Source: Clostridia bacterium (GTDB lineage: Bacteria > Bacillota > Clostridia > UMGS1840). From it: a DNA stretch of 64,000 nt. Below the pieces are notes generated by a model. That model was not told the DNA's origin. It saw nothing but the letters and a program-made list of their open reading frames with translations, and did not search any database. Every line of letters begins with the position of its first letter. Positions within the stretch are counted from its first letter, which is position 1. The stretch covers positions 8,498 to 72,497 of the forward strand of contig JAGBEY010000011.1 of NCBI GenBank assembly GCA_017936745.1, read 5' to 3'. Positions 45,439-55,234 of the stretch are shown one piece after another. A program made the position numbers and the translations under genes.

Positions 45439-46814
45439 TTAATAAGTATCTTTCAGAGTTGTTGGACTACGGTCTCCGTAAAGAGATGATTGCTCCCGAG
45501 GATGAATGTTATATTGCCAACAGAATTTTGAATCTGGTTGGTGCAGCTTCTTTTGAACGTGAGAAAACAGTTTCTCACGAAAGTTTGGAAACGATTCTTT
45601 CCGGGCTTTGTGATATTGCGTTTGAAAATGGGGCGTTAGAGCAGAACACCGTGACCTACCGTGATATTTTATCGGCGGAGATTATGGACTATTTTACGCC
45701 TACACCGGGGAATCTGGTTCGTACCTTTTGGGAAGCTTATGAAAAAGCTCCTGAAAATGCCACTGATTTCTTTTATGAGTTGTCTCAAAATTCCAATTAT
45801 ATTATGACAGACCGTGTAAAACGGGATTTGAAATGGAAAACTGACACATCATACGGAGAGTTGGATATTACAATCAATTTGTCCAAGCCGGAGAAAGACC
45901 CCAAAGATATTGCAGCAGCCAAAAATGCGGTACAGACCGGATATCCAAAATGTCTGCTTTGTCCTGAAAATGTTGGGTTCCGGGGAAATGCAAATCATCC
46001 TCCCAGAGCCAATCACAGAATTATTCCAATAGAGCTTTGCGGAGAAAAATGGGCGTTGCAGTATTCTCCTTATGTATACTATAATGAGCATTGCATTCTT
46101 TTAAATCAATCGCATACGCCAATGAAAATCAATCGTGCAACATTTTCCAAATTGCTGCATTTTGTTGAGAAATTCCCTCATTATTTCATTGGTTCCAATG
46201 CAGATTTGCCAATCGTGGGCGGTTCTATTTTAACTCACGACCATTTTCAGGGCGGAAATTATGAGTTTCCCATGGCAAAATGCGGAAGCCGTTTCGAGGT
46301 GGAGTTTGTCGGGTTTTCCAATGTGAAAGCATACGTGGTTGATTGGGCATTGTCTACGATTCGTCTCATTGGTGATTCTATCGACGATTTATGCGATTTG
46401 GGGGATAAAATTCTGACCACCTGGCGCACCTATTCCGATGAATCCTGTGACATTCTTGCTCACACTGATGCACCTCACAATACCATTACTCCGATTGCCC
46501 GCTATCGTGATGGTAATTTTGAACTGGATTTAATTTTACGAAATAATCGCACCACCGAGGAGTATCCCCTTGGAATTTTCCATCCGCACAGTGAATACCA
46601 CCACATAAAAAAGGAAAATATCGGACTCATCGAAGCCATGGGGCTGGCAGTGCTTCCCGCTCGTTTGAAAACGGAGCTTGGAGAACTGACCGATTCCAAA
46701 AAAGAAGAAGTGGGTCAGATATTTATGAAAATTTTGGAAAACTGTGGCGTCTATAAAAATACCGAAGCAGGAAACAACGGAATCAAGAAATTTATTGCCG
46801 CGGTGAATTGTTAG
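45435..46814 (+). CDS. galT: UDP-glucose--hexose-1-phosphate uridylyltransferase (type 2 GalT)
   Basis: About 460 aa Firmicute-type GalT (CLLCPENVGF, GGSILTHDHFQGG). ATGA overlap with galK. Confidence 0.85.
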   Translation: MINKYLSELLDYGLRKEMIAPEDECYIANRILNLVGAASFEREKTVSHESLETILSGLCDIAFENGALEQNTVTYRDILSAEIMDYFTPTPGNLVRTFWEAYEKAPENATDFFYELSQNSNYIMTDRVKRDLKWKTDTSYGELDITINLSKPEKDPKDIAAAKNAVQTGYPKCLLCPENVGFRGNANHPPRANHRIIPIELCGEKWALQYSPYVYYNEHCILLNQSHTPMKINRATFSKLLHFVEKFPHYFIGSNADLPIVGGSILTHDHFQGGNYEFPMAKCGSRFEVEFVGFSNVKAYVVDWALSTIRLIGDSIDDLCDLGDKILTTWRTYSDESCDILAHTDAPHNTITPIARYRDGNFELDLILRNNRTTEEYPLGIFHPHSEYHHIKKENIGLIEAMGLAVLPARLKTELGELTDSKKEEVGQIFMKILENCGVYKNTEAGNNGIKKFIAAVNC

Positions 46815-46815
46815 G

Positions 46816-47349
46816 ATGAAAACAAAAGTATATCTTCTTTCCTTGATTTCCTTTCGTGAAAAATTTCCTGAGCTAACCAAGCGGGAAATCGAGAAAACAG
46901 CAGGGGACTACGCGGTCAGAACAGTGTTTTCCGATTTGTTTGGTTATGATAACGTGGAAATTATCTGTGATAAAAAGCCTTACATTAAAAATTGTCCTTA
47001 TCATTTTAATCTTTCTCATTCGGGAGATTTTTTGCTTTTGGCAGTGGGGGATACACCTGTGGGTGCAGATATCGAAAAAATCACGAAAATCCATCCAAAA
47101 ACGTTGGAAAAATGCTTTAGCAAAGAAGAACAAAGCTATGTGGAAAAAGTGGGAACAGATGCCTTTTTTGAAATCTGGACAAAAAAAGAAAGCTACGTGA
47201 AATACACAGGAGTTGGCATGAAAGGACTCTCAAAAGAAATTATTTATCCTGATGAGGTTGCTTTCTTTACCCAAAAATACGAGGGCTATCAGATTACCGT
47301 TTGTACCGGACAAAACCATCTTCCCGTTACCATAGAAACAATTGTATAG
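46816..47349 (+). CDS. 4'-phosphopantetheinyl transferase (Sfp type)
   Basis: FNLSHSGDFLLLAV...GADIE and WTKKESYVKYTG motifs. Confidence 0.8.
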   Translation: MKTKVYLLSLISFREKFPELTKREIEKTAGDYAVRTVFSDLFGYDNVEIICDKKPYIKNCPYHFNLSHSGDFLLLAVGDTPVGADIEKITKIHPKTLEKCFSKEEQSYVEKVGTDAFFEIWTKKESYVKYTGVGMKGLSKEIIYPDEVAFFTQKYEGYQITVCTGQNHLPVTIETIV

Positions 47350-47357
47350 AAAACATT

Positions 47358-47390
47358 AAAAAAAGCTTCTGCATCGCAGAAGCTTTTTTT
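47358..47390. terminator. bidirectional rho-independent terminator
   Basis: Stem AGCTTCTGC/GCAGAAGCT flanked by A7 and T7. Confidence 0.8.
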
Positions 47391-47395
47391 CATCC

Positions 47396-48421
47396 TTATA
47401 ACAACAGCATACAATCGCCAAAGGAAAAAAACCGATAATTTTTTTCTTTCGCTTTTTCATATGCATTTAAAATAGTTTCCCGGTCAGAAAGAGCGGAAAC
47501 CAGCATTAAAAGAGTGGATTTTGGTAAATGGAAGTTGGTCAGCAGCCCGTCAATTACCTTAAATTCGTAACCCGGATAAATAAAAATTTCGGTTTCGCCT
47601 GAGCAGGGGACAATACCACCTTGCTCCTGTGCCATCGCCTCCAGGGTTCTGAGACTGGTTGTTCCAACTGAAATAATCCGTCTGCCTTCTTTTTTTGCCT
47701 GATTTAAAATATCGGCAGTTTCTTTGGGAACCTGATACCATTCCTTGTGCATTTTGTGGTGATTCACGTCATCCACACTGACAGGGCGGAAGGTGCCAAG
47801 CCCCACATGGAGGGTAACATAACAAGTGATAATACCTTTTTCCTCTAATCGTTTGATATATTCTTCGGTGAAGTGGAGTCCGGCAGTAGGTGCAGCAGCG
47901 GAACCGTCAAATTTTGCATATACCGTTTGGTAACGATTTTTGTCCTCCAGTTTTTCTTTTATGTAAGGAGGGAGGGGCATATTTCCCAGTTTTTCTAAAA
48001 TGGTTTCAAATACACCCTCATAGGAAAATCTGACAATTCGTCCGCCATCGTCCAATTCTTCCACAACTTCGGCAACCAGTTCACCGTTACCGAAAATAAT
48101 TTTCCCGTGTAATTTGATTCGTTTTGCCGGCTTCATTAAAACTTCCCATTCGTCTAAATTTCGCCGTTTTAACAGCAGAACCTCGATATGTGCGGTTCCT
48201 CCTTCTTTTATGCCATAGAGGCGGGCGGGGAGCACGCGTGTGTTGTTGAATACCAGCACATCACCGGGCTTCAGATATTCTATCAGGTGATAAAATCTGC
48301 TGTGAACAATATTTCCGTTTTGTTTATCAAGCACCATCATTTTGGAGGCGGTGCGGTCTTTTAAAGGGGTTTGTGCTATCATTTCCTCAGGCAGCACATA
48401 GTTAAAATCATCGGTTCTCAT
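47396..48421 (-). CDS. queA: S-adenosylmethionine:tRNA ribosyltransferase-isomerase
   Basis: N-terminus [26 protein letters not shown], plus [12 protein letters not shown] and SFGDCMLL. Confidence 0.95.
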   Translation of the reverse strand: MRTDDFNYVLPEEMIAQTPLKDRTASKMMVLDKQNGNIVHSRFYHLIEYLKPGDVLVFNNTRVLPARLYGIKEGGTAHIEVLLLKRRNLDEWEVLMKPAKRIKLHGKIIFGNGELVAEVVEELDDGGRIVRFSYEGVFETILEKLGNMPLPPYIKEKLEDKNRYQTVYAKFDGSAAAPTAGLHFTEEYIKRLEEKGIITCYVTLHVGLGTFRPVSVDDVNHHKMHKEWYQVPKETADILNQAKKEGRRIISVGTTSLRTLEAMAQEQGGIVPCSGETEIFIYPGYEFKVIDGLLTNFHLPKSTLLMLVSALSDRETILNAYEKAKEKNYRFFSFGDCMLLL

Positions 48422-49149
48422 AGGTTCTCCTTGTAATGTTCGGGAACAGTTTCCAAACGGGATAATTCTTGTTGGGTTAACTCCCGGAATTCGCCCAAAT
48501 TCAGAGCTTCATCCAGAGTCACACTCCCGATTTGTACTCGCTTTAAATAGGTTACGGTACAGCCCAGTGCTTCGAACATCCGTTTTACCTGATGAAATTT
48601 TCCCTCAAACAGTGTCAGGTGACAGGTGTTGTGGGAAATCGGTTCAAAAAAAGCAGGCTTGCACCGGTATCCGTCATCTATAATGATGCCGTTTTGAAAG
48701 CTTTTATTCCACCCGGACTGCAGTGGCTTATCCAGTTCTACATAGTATTTTTTGTTAATATGATTTTTCGGACCGGTAATCCGATGGGCAAGCTTTCCGT
48801 CTGTGGTGAGAAGCACAAAGCCCTCGGTATCCTTGTCCAACCGCCCGGCAGGGAATAGCTTATGCTTGGGGAATACATCATCAGGAAGCAAGTCCAGAAC
48901 GGTTTTTTCACGGGTATCTTCGGTTGCACAAATATATCCCTGCGGTTTGTGGAGCATAATGTGATAATGCTCCTGATAGAAAATCGGGGTGCCGTTAATT
49001 GTCAGCTCAGACACTTTTGGGTCTATCTTATGAGACGGGTCTGTTATGGGGATTCCGTTTTGAAACACAACACCCGAGCGGATGAGCTTTACCACTTCTT
49101 TTCTTGAGCCTACCATTGCGTTGGCAAGAATTTTGTCCAGTCGTTCCAT
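48418..49149 (-). CDS. RsuA/RluB-family pseudouridine synthase with S4 domain
   Basis: S4 N-terminus [17 protein letters not shown] and catalytic [16 protein letters not shown]. Confidence 0.85.
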   Translation of the reverse strand: MERLDKILANAMVGSRKEVVKLIRSGVVFQNGIPITDPSHKIDPKVSELTINGTPIFYQEHYHIMLHKPQGYICATEDTREKTVLDLLPDDVFPKHKLFPAGRLDKDTEGFVLLTTDGKLAHRITGPKNHINKKYYVELDKPLQSGWNKSFQNGIIIDDGYRCKPAFFEPISHNTCHLTLFEGKFHQVKRMFEALGCTVTYLKRVQIGSVTLDEALNLGEFRELTQQELSRLETVPEHYKENL

Positions 49150-49159
49150 CTTGTTTCCT

Positions 49160-51157
49160 CTATTTTATCTGGAATTTTTCATATTCGTCTTGAATTTCAG
49201 TCTGTGCATTTTTAAAATATTCTTCAATTACCTCTCTTGCAGCGGGGGCAATGGAATTACCGTGAGCACCATGTTCTACCACAACTGAAATTGCAATTTT
49301 CGGATTATCATAGGGAGCAAAAGCGACAAATAAGCCGTTATTCGTGCCGGGGACTTCTGCAGTTCCTGTTTTACCGCCAACTGCAATGGGAAAATCCTGA
49401 AACACGTTGCTTGCAGTCCCGTCCTCGGTAACTGAGCGCATACCTTCCATAATTGCTTTGTAATTCTGAGGCTGAATTTCAATCTGCTCTACCACTTTCG
49501 GGGTGACTTCTTTGATTTCGCCGGTGGTGTAGTTTTTAATTTTATACAGAAGATGGGCTTCATATCTTGTGCCGCCGTTTACCACGGTTGCAATATAGTT
49601 GGAAAGCTGAAGAGGGGTGAATAGATTATCTGATTGCCCGATGGATGCCTGAAGCGTATCGCCCGGGTACCATACACTGCCGATTTTATCACGGTAGGCA
49701 GGGCCAGCCACAATTCCTTTTTCTTCTCCGGAAATTTCAATTCCGGTATATTCACCCAAGCCAACCTTCCTTGCATATTCATTTAGCTTCTCAATACCTA
49801 ACAGCCGGCCGGTTTCGTAGAAATAATAGTTGCACGAAACCTTAATGGCATCCGACACATTGACATAGCCATGGTTGCCGGGATATACGTGACAGGTGGG
49901 CTGATAGTCTTTGAAGTAGGTATATTTTCCCTGGTCATAAATTTGTGCACCGGGTGTGATAATACCTTCCTCCAGCACGGCAAGTGAAGTCAGAATTTTA
50001 AAGGTGGAGCCGGGAGCATACGTTCCGGAAATAGCCCGGTTCCAGAAGGGGTTTAACGGATTGTTATAATTATCGTTATAATCTTCTAAAAAGGTTTCAA
50101 TATCATAGTCGGGATAGGAGGCAATGGCAAGAATTTCTCCCGTGTGAATATCCACAACGGTGATGGCACCGCCACCTACATCGTGTATGGTTTGGCGTAG
50201 GTTGTAAATCACATCTTTCAGTGCTTTTTCTGCACGTTTTTGCAGGTTTAAATCTATGGTCAGGATAATGTCATTTCCGGGTTGTGCATTTTTCAGCACT
50301 TCAGTATCCGTGATTTTTCCAAGCTCGTTCTGTTCTACCTTCAGGACTCCGTCCTTGCCTTTTAATTCTAAATCAAAGACCTTTTCAATACCTTCTTTTC
50401 CGATGATATCTGTATATCCGTAGCCAAGCTCTTTTAGCTTGTCATATTCTTCCTTATAAATGAGACCTACTCTGCCCAATACGTGAGGACTGACCTTTTC
50501 GGGATATAAGCGGTCATAAGAGGTCATCACATTTACACCGGGGTAGCTCCTGTCGTTCTCTTTTATCACGGTTACCACATTCATATTCACATTTTCTGCG
50601 AATACAAAGTTGTTATTTTGTGAAAATTCCCGCTGTTCCATTTCGGAACGGACAGAAAGCACCTTGCGGTGATATTGTTCGGGAATGGCCTCGGAGAGCT
50701 GATATCGTTCCTTTAACGCCAAAATACATTCTTCTGCCGAAAGAGTTTCCGGTAGGTTCATTTTTTTCAGATAGTCTTTGATTTGGTCCTCCGGTTGGGT
50801 ATAGGAATAGGGAATTTCGCTGATGGGCAAGTTTTCCGTATATTCCTGATTTTCTTTTTCCATTAAGAGAATCAGATTGTAAACGGTGTCATTTACCCAT
50901 TTTTTATCTTTTCTGTATTGAGAAATTTCCAAATTGTAGGTGATTTGACTGGATACAATTACGCGACCGTATCGGTCTAAAATTTCACCTCGTTGTGCTT
51001 TTAAGGGGATTGTTTTTACCAAACGCTTCATAGAGGCTTCCGCATATTCCTCTCCCTTTACAATTTGCAAGGAGAACAAACGAAATATCACTGCCAGTAA
51101 GAATAAAACTGTCAGCACAATAACCACAGTGAGGCGGGGAAAAAGATCACGTTTCAT
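49160..51157 (-). CDS. mrdA: penicillin-binding protein 2 (elongasome transpeptidase)
   Basis: N-terminal TM segment. SxxK (PGSTFK), SCN and KTGTAE motifs. Downstream of mreBCD. Confidence 0.9.
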   Translation of the reverse strand: MKRDLFPRLTVVIVLTVLFLLAVIFRLFSLQIVKGEEYAEASMKRLVKTIPLKAQRGEILDRYGRVIVSSQITYNLEISQYRKDKKWVNDTVYNLILLMEKENQEYTENLPISEIPYSYTQPEDQIKDYLKKMNLPETLSAEECILALKERYQLSEAIPEQYHRKVLSVRSEMEQREFSQNNNFVFAENVNMNVVTVIKENDRSYPGVNVMTSYDRLYPEKVSPHVLGRVGLIYKEEYDKLKELGYGYTDIIGKEGIEKVFDLELKGKDGVLKVEQNELGKITDTEVLKNAQPGNDIILTIDLNLQKRAEKALKDVIYNLRQTIHDVGGGAITVVDIHTGEILAIASYPDYDIETFLEDYNDNYNNPLNPFWNRAISGTYAPGSTFKILTSLAVLEEGIITPGAQIYDQGKYTYFKDYQPTCHVYPGNHGYVNVSDAIKVSCNYYFYETGRLLGIEKLNEYARKVGLGEYTGIEISGEEKGIVAGPAYRDKIGSVWYPGDTLQASIGQSDNLFTPLQLSNYIATVVNGGTRYEAHLLYKIKNYTTGEIKEVTPKVVEQIEIQPQNYKAIMEGMRSVTEDGTASNVFQDFPIAVGGKTGTAEVPGTNNGLFVAFAPYDNPKIAISVVVEHGAHGNSIAPAAREVIEEYFKNAQTEIQDEYEKFQIK

Positions 51158-51663
51158 AGGCGGAACACACTCCTGTGCTTTTGATTGTGTTTTGTCTGGA
51201 CGAACAGCATGGCAAGAAAGATGATAAAATTATATAAAAACTCAATCCATGCAGTTTGGGAAATCAGTGTTAAAAATTGCCCCCGATACAGGGAAATAAA
51301 GAAAGCATAGCTGACAGAGTATAAAAAACAAACCAACAGTCCGTATAAAGCTTCTATCACAAAATTTTCAGAAAATGCACTATGGTAAAATTCACGGATT
51401 CCGAATGCTACCAGCATAAAAAAAACGGTGTACGTTCCAAATAGTCTGCCGGACACGCTGTCTAACAGAACACCAAGAATCAGTGCGGTATAAAAAGAAA
51501 ACTTTGCTTTTTTTAAAAAAGAGATTGTGAGTACGAAGCAAAAGGCAAAGTTGGGTGCTACACCAAACAGGCGGAGATGGTCAGCAAAAATAAACTGCAG
51601 CAGAAAAACTGCTGCAACCAGAACAGACCGTTTTATATATTTCAGCCATGTTGTTTGTTCCAA
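51154..51663 (-). CDS. mreD: rod shape-determining protein MreD
   Basis: 169-aa polytopic protein between mreC and PBP2. Confidence 0.75.
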   Translation of the reverse strand: MEQTTWLKYIKRSVLVAAVFLLQFIFADHLRLFGVAPNFAFCFVLTISFLKKAKFSFYTALILGVLLDSVSGRLFGTYTVFFMLVAFGIREFYHSAFSENFVIEALYGLLVCFLYSVSYAFFISLYRGQFLTLISQTAWIEFLYNFIIFLAMLFVQTKHNQKHRSVFRL

Positions 51664-51687
51664 TGGAGGTTGTTCCTTTCTGTGGTT

Positions 51688-52524
51688 TTATTTTTGTGTG
51701 ATAACCAATACTTCCTGCAAATTGGAAAAATCAACCATAGGCACAATGGTTGCATATTGAGAATTGGTATTGTCTGATATTTTTATCTCCTTGATTTTTC
51801 CGATGGATATCCCCGGGGGGTAGATTTCGCCTAACCCTGAGGTTTCCACAATATCACCCTCCAGAATGGTGAATTGCTTGGAAATATAGAGCATTTTCAG
51901 CAAACTGTCATTGACCAGCGTGTTGTCTCCCTCTGCAACTGTTACATCACCGGTACGGGAAATGCGGCATCCTACAGATGTTGACGGGTCCAGAATGGTT
52001 TGGATTTTTGACCAACCGTAGCCGGTTTCAAACACTAAGCCGACCAATCCGTTTTGCGCCATAACGGGCTGATTGACGGCAATTCCGCTTTCAATGCCTT
52101 TATCAATGGTAATAAATCTGCCGTAATTTCCACCGTCTTTTGCGATTACAGACGCCGCCGTGGTTTGAAAGGCGGGATATTTTTCTGAAAGCTCCAAAAG
52201 AGCACGAAGTCTTTCATTTTCTGTTTCCAAAGAGGAGAGGGAAGCATTCTTTTGTTCCAGCAGATTATTTTTGTAGGTCAATTCGCTGACTTGCTTCACC
52301 AGCTCTTTTTTGCTGTGGAAATAGTCAAAAAAACCGCCGACAGAGTGGGATATATTTGAGAAGAAGGTAGAAACCGGCTTAACTGTCACATTTACAACAT
52401 TGTCAATAAAGCCAACATTACTGCGGTTTTTGGCTGATGCGATGAGTAAAATTGTTGCCACAAGCACAAATACCACAACCAGAATGAGTGGCTTTTTTCG
52501 ACTGGTTCTTCTCAAATTTTTCAC
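51688..52524 (-). CDS. mreC: rod shape-determining protein MreC
   Basis: N-terminal TM segment, coiled coil (ENERLRALL), beta-rich C-domain (GLVGLV, GEIYPPGISIGKI). Confidence 0.9.
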   Translation of the reverse strand: MKNLRRTSRKKPLILVVVFVLVATILLIASAKNRSNVGFIDNVVNVTVKPVSTFFSNISHSVGGFFDYFHSKKELVKQVSELTYKNNLLEQKNASLSSLETENERLRALLELSEKYPAFQTTAASVIAKDGGNYGRFITIDKGIESGIAVNQPVMAQNGLVGLVFETGYGWSKIQTILDPSTSVGCRISRTGDVTVAEGDNTLVNDSLLKMLYISKQFTILEGDIVETSGLGEIYPPGISIGKIKEIKISDNTNSQYATIVPMVDFSNLQEVLVITQK

Positions 52525-52551
52525 CTCCGTAAAGTTGTTTTTTCGGTATGT

Positions 52552-53589
52552 TTATCTGCGGTAATGCTTCATCTGACGTCTGTCGTTGTTTAAGATTTTT
52601 AATACGTCAATTTCTTCCAGTAAAAGACCTGCACCCAATACCACACAATCCAATGCATTTTCTGCCGCCTTTACCGGGAGCATGGTTTCTTTGGTTAACA
52701 ATGCATCCAAGCCCCGCAGCAGCGCACCGCCGCCGGTTAAGGTGATCCCTTTTTCCACAATATCGGCAGCCAGCTCCGGAGGAGTAGTTTCCAGGGTTTC
52801 TTTTACCGCGTCTATAATAATGCGGATGGGTTCTTCCAATGCTTCTCTTACTTCTAATGCAGTGATTTCGATATTTCTCGGTAAACCGGAAATGAGGTCA
52901 CGACCTCTTACATCCATAGTATCTTCCAATCCTGCACATTCATAAACAGAACCAATGCGAATTTTTACCGCCTCTGCAGTTCTGTCACCAATATGGAGGT
53001 TGTGATTTTTCTTAATGTAGTTGGCAATGGCTTCGTCAAAGGCATCACCGGCAACACGAACTGTTTTAGCGGTTACAATTGCTCCCAGAGAGATAACTGC
53101 AACCTCACTGGTTCCGCCGCCGATATCCAGTACCATATTACCAAAGGGGTCAATAATGGGAAGCCCTGCACCTACTGCAGATGCCATGGATTCTTCCACA
53201 ATATACACTTCCTTTGCACCGGATTGAATGACTGCATCTTCCACAGCTCGTTTTTCCACTTCGGTAACACCTGCAGGCACGCAGGCAACCACGCGGGGCT
53301 TTGCAAAGATGCCACCCTTTAACACTTTTTTTAAAAAGAATTTAATCATTTTATAGGTCATGGCAAAATCTGAAATAACCCCTTCGCTCAAAGGACGAAC
53401 CGCGATGATGCTGTCGGGGGTTCTGCCCACCATTTCTTTTGCTTCGTTTCCAACGGCAAGCACCTCTTTGGTATAGCGGTTGATGGCAACCACGGAGGGT
53501 TCTCTTAACACAATTCCTTTTCCTTTGACATAAATCAGGGTATTAGCAGTCCCCAGGTCAATTCCGATATCTCTTGCAAACATAGACAT
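52552..53589 (-). CDS. mreB: rod shape-determining protein MreB
   Basis: Actin-fold motifs DIGIDLGTANTLIY, VLDIGGGTSEVAVIS, ITLTGGGALLRGLD. Confidence 0.95.
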   Translation of the reverse strand: MSMFARDIGIDLGTANTLIYVKGKGIVLREPSVVAINRYTKEVLAVGNEAKEMVGRTPDSIIAVRPLSEGVISDFAMTYKMIKFFLKKVLKGGIFAKPRVVACVPAGVTEVEKRAVEDAVIQSGAKEVYIVEESMASAVGAGLPIIDPFGNMVLDIGGGTSEVAVISLGAIVTAKTVRVAGDAFDEAIANYIKKNHNLHIGDRTAEAVKIRIGSVYECAGLEDTMDVRGRDLISGLPRNIEITALEVREALEEPIRIIIDAVKETLETTPPELAADIVEKGITLTGGGALLRGLDALLTKETMLPVKAAENALDCVVLGAGLLLEEIDVLKILNNDRRQMKHYRR

Positions 53590-53631
53590 AGTTCAGTTCT
53601 CCTATCTCAAAAAATCTTTATGGTAAGTAAT

Positions 53632-53898
53632 TTAAAAAACAAAGCGGTAAAACAGTGAGGAAATAAGGATTCCAAACAGCACTGCCACATTGATGTTGGC
53701 GGTCAGTCCGAAAGTCAGCTTTATCACAGCCAAATCCAGAACAAATGGCTGTTTTAAACCAAATTCATATCCGATATTTAACCAGTTCAGTGCAGAAATA
53801 TCACGGGTTAAATAGGTGATAATTCCACCGATGACCACGCCGACAGCTATAATGATAAAAAATGATAACCAAGAAAAACGTCTGGTTCCTTTTGCCAT
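53632..53898 (-). CDS. DUF4321 small membrane protein
   Basis: 88 aa. LDLAVIKLTFGLTANINVAVLFGILISSLFYR fits the DUF4321 pattern. Commonly found next to mreB. Confidence 0.6.
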   Translation of the reverse strand: MAKGTRRFSWLSFFIIIAVGVVIGGIITYLTRDISALNWLNIGYEFGLKQPFVLDLAVIKLTFGLTANINVAVLFGILISSLFYRFVF

Positions 53899-53921
53899 AA
53901 TGAAGCACCTCTCAGATAATG

Positions 53922-54446
53922 TTATTCGTAATCGTATGATATAGTATGAAGTTGTTTTATAATTTTTGCTGCCAGAAAGCCCATTACAGCGGAAGTAACC
54001 AGTGTTAAGGTGGCGGCAGGAGGGTAAAGAGCAAATACCGAGGGAGTGTAGAGAGTATATGCTGCAATTACATATTGTGCTGTAATGTGAAAAAATCCAC
54101 CGATAGCACTGACTCCAATTGTAGATATTTTCTTTGTTTCATACAGGCGGATTGCCAGCCCCATCGAGCAGCAGGAGGCGAAAGCGCCGCCCATTGTGTA
54201 AAGAAAGGCAGAAAATCCGTTAAACAGCACGGTAGACATTAGAATTTTCAGCACTGCCATTGCCAAAGCTTCCCGAAATCCGTACTCGGTGAGGCAAATA
54301 AGAATGACAAGGTTGGAAAATCCGAATTTTACACCGGGCACGCCCAGAGGAACCATAGCTTCCAGCCAGGAGAGCAAGAAAATTACGGTCAGCATCACCG
54401 CACGGAATGAGGTTTTATCTTCCACCCTTTTAATAGGAGACCGCAT
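53922..54446 (-). CDS. Gx transporter family membrane protein
   Basis: PGVKFGFSNLVILICL...LKILMSTVLFNGF pattern. Paired with the NusG-II protein. Confidence 0.65.
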   Translation of the reverse strand: MRSPIKRVEDKTSFRAVMLTVIFLLSWLEAMVPLGVPGVKFGFSNLVILICLTEYGFREALAMAVLKILMSTVLFNGFSAFLYTMGGAFASCCSMGLAIRLYETKKISTIGVSAIGGFFHITAQYVIAAYTLYTPSVFALYPPAATLTLVTSAVMGFLAAKIIKQLHTISYDYE

Positions 54447-54834
54447 CCGGTGCTTCGCCTCCTTCCATACGGATGACTACTTTGTATGGCAGACATACGA
54501 GAATGTCACCTTCCTCGGTAATTTTCCCCATTTTCACACAATCCTGATTGGGGCATGTGCTGTCTGCAATGAAGACAGCTCCGTCCTCAATCTTAATATG
54601 ATTATATCCGTATTTTGTGTGGCCGTTTACCGGAACAACAATATTATTCAAATATTTATGAGAAAGCTGATATGTTTTGTATTCCTCTCCGTTTACGTAG
54701 ATAACGATTTGCTTGGCTGACGCAGCCGGTTTGCGGTAAAAGAGTACGGCAGTGGAAAAAATGATAGCAAGAATCAGGAGAAAAACAACACCATCACCTT
54801 TTTTTAAGTATACAGATGAGAAAATTCTTTTCAT
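54430..54834 (-). CDS. NusG domain II-containing (DUF1312) membrane-anchored protein
   Basis: TM anchor, then IKIEDGAVFIADSTCPNQDCVKMGKI...ILVCLPYKVVI. Confidence 0.7.
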   Translation of the reverse strand: MKRIFSSVYLKKGDGVVFLLILAIIFSTAVLFYRKPAASAKQIVIYVNGEEYKTYQLSHKYLNNIVVPVNGHTKYGYNHIKIEDGAVFIADSTCPNQDCVKMGKITEEGDILVCLPYKVVIRMEGGEAPDAVSY

Positions 54835-55002
54835 ATCAGACCCTTTTCACATAATTACTTTTGTTTCGACTATATATCTATCTTACTATATCATAGAAAA
54901 GAATATTAGTCAAGCAGTGAGCCGGGATTTTTTAGAAAAAAATGACGCTTTTCATTGGTCTGGAAAAACTTGTCTGTATATTTTTTAAAATTGGAAAATT
55001 TT

Positions 55003-55031
55003 TTGCATTGAATTTTGAAAAATAATATGCT
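55003..55031 (+). promoter_or_regulatory. sigma-A-type promoter of the S-layer gene
   Basis: TTGCAT, 17 nt, TATGCT. Confidence 0.4.
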
Positions 55032-55037
55032 AACATA

Positions 55038-55234
55038 AGGGTGTAGCAAAGGAAATCACCTCATATGGCTACATAACAGAAACCCCTTCGGGGGTATCAC
55101 ACATATTCTTTCTTCCCCCTGTGGGGAGCCCCTCCTCCTATGCTTACATATTAAAATCTTCAGGCTCATTTGCCAAAGGTTTTGGTATGTAAGCATTTTA
55201 CTATGCAAAATAAAAAACGGAGGAGAAAAAACGT
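55038..55234 (+). promoter_or_regulatory. long structured 5' leader of the S-layer gene
   Basis: ACCCC-TTCG-GGGGT tetraloop hairpin (55082-55095). CCCC/GGGG hairpin. 11-bp stem ATGCTTACATA/TATGTAAGCAT (55140-55196). Then RBS GGAGGAG. Confidence 0.5.
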
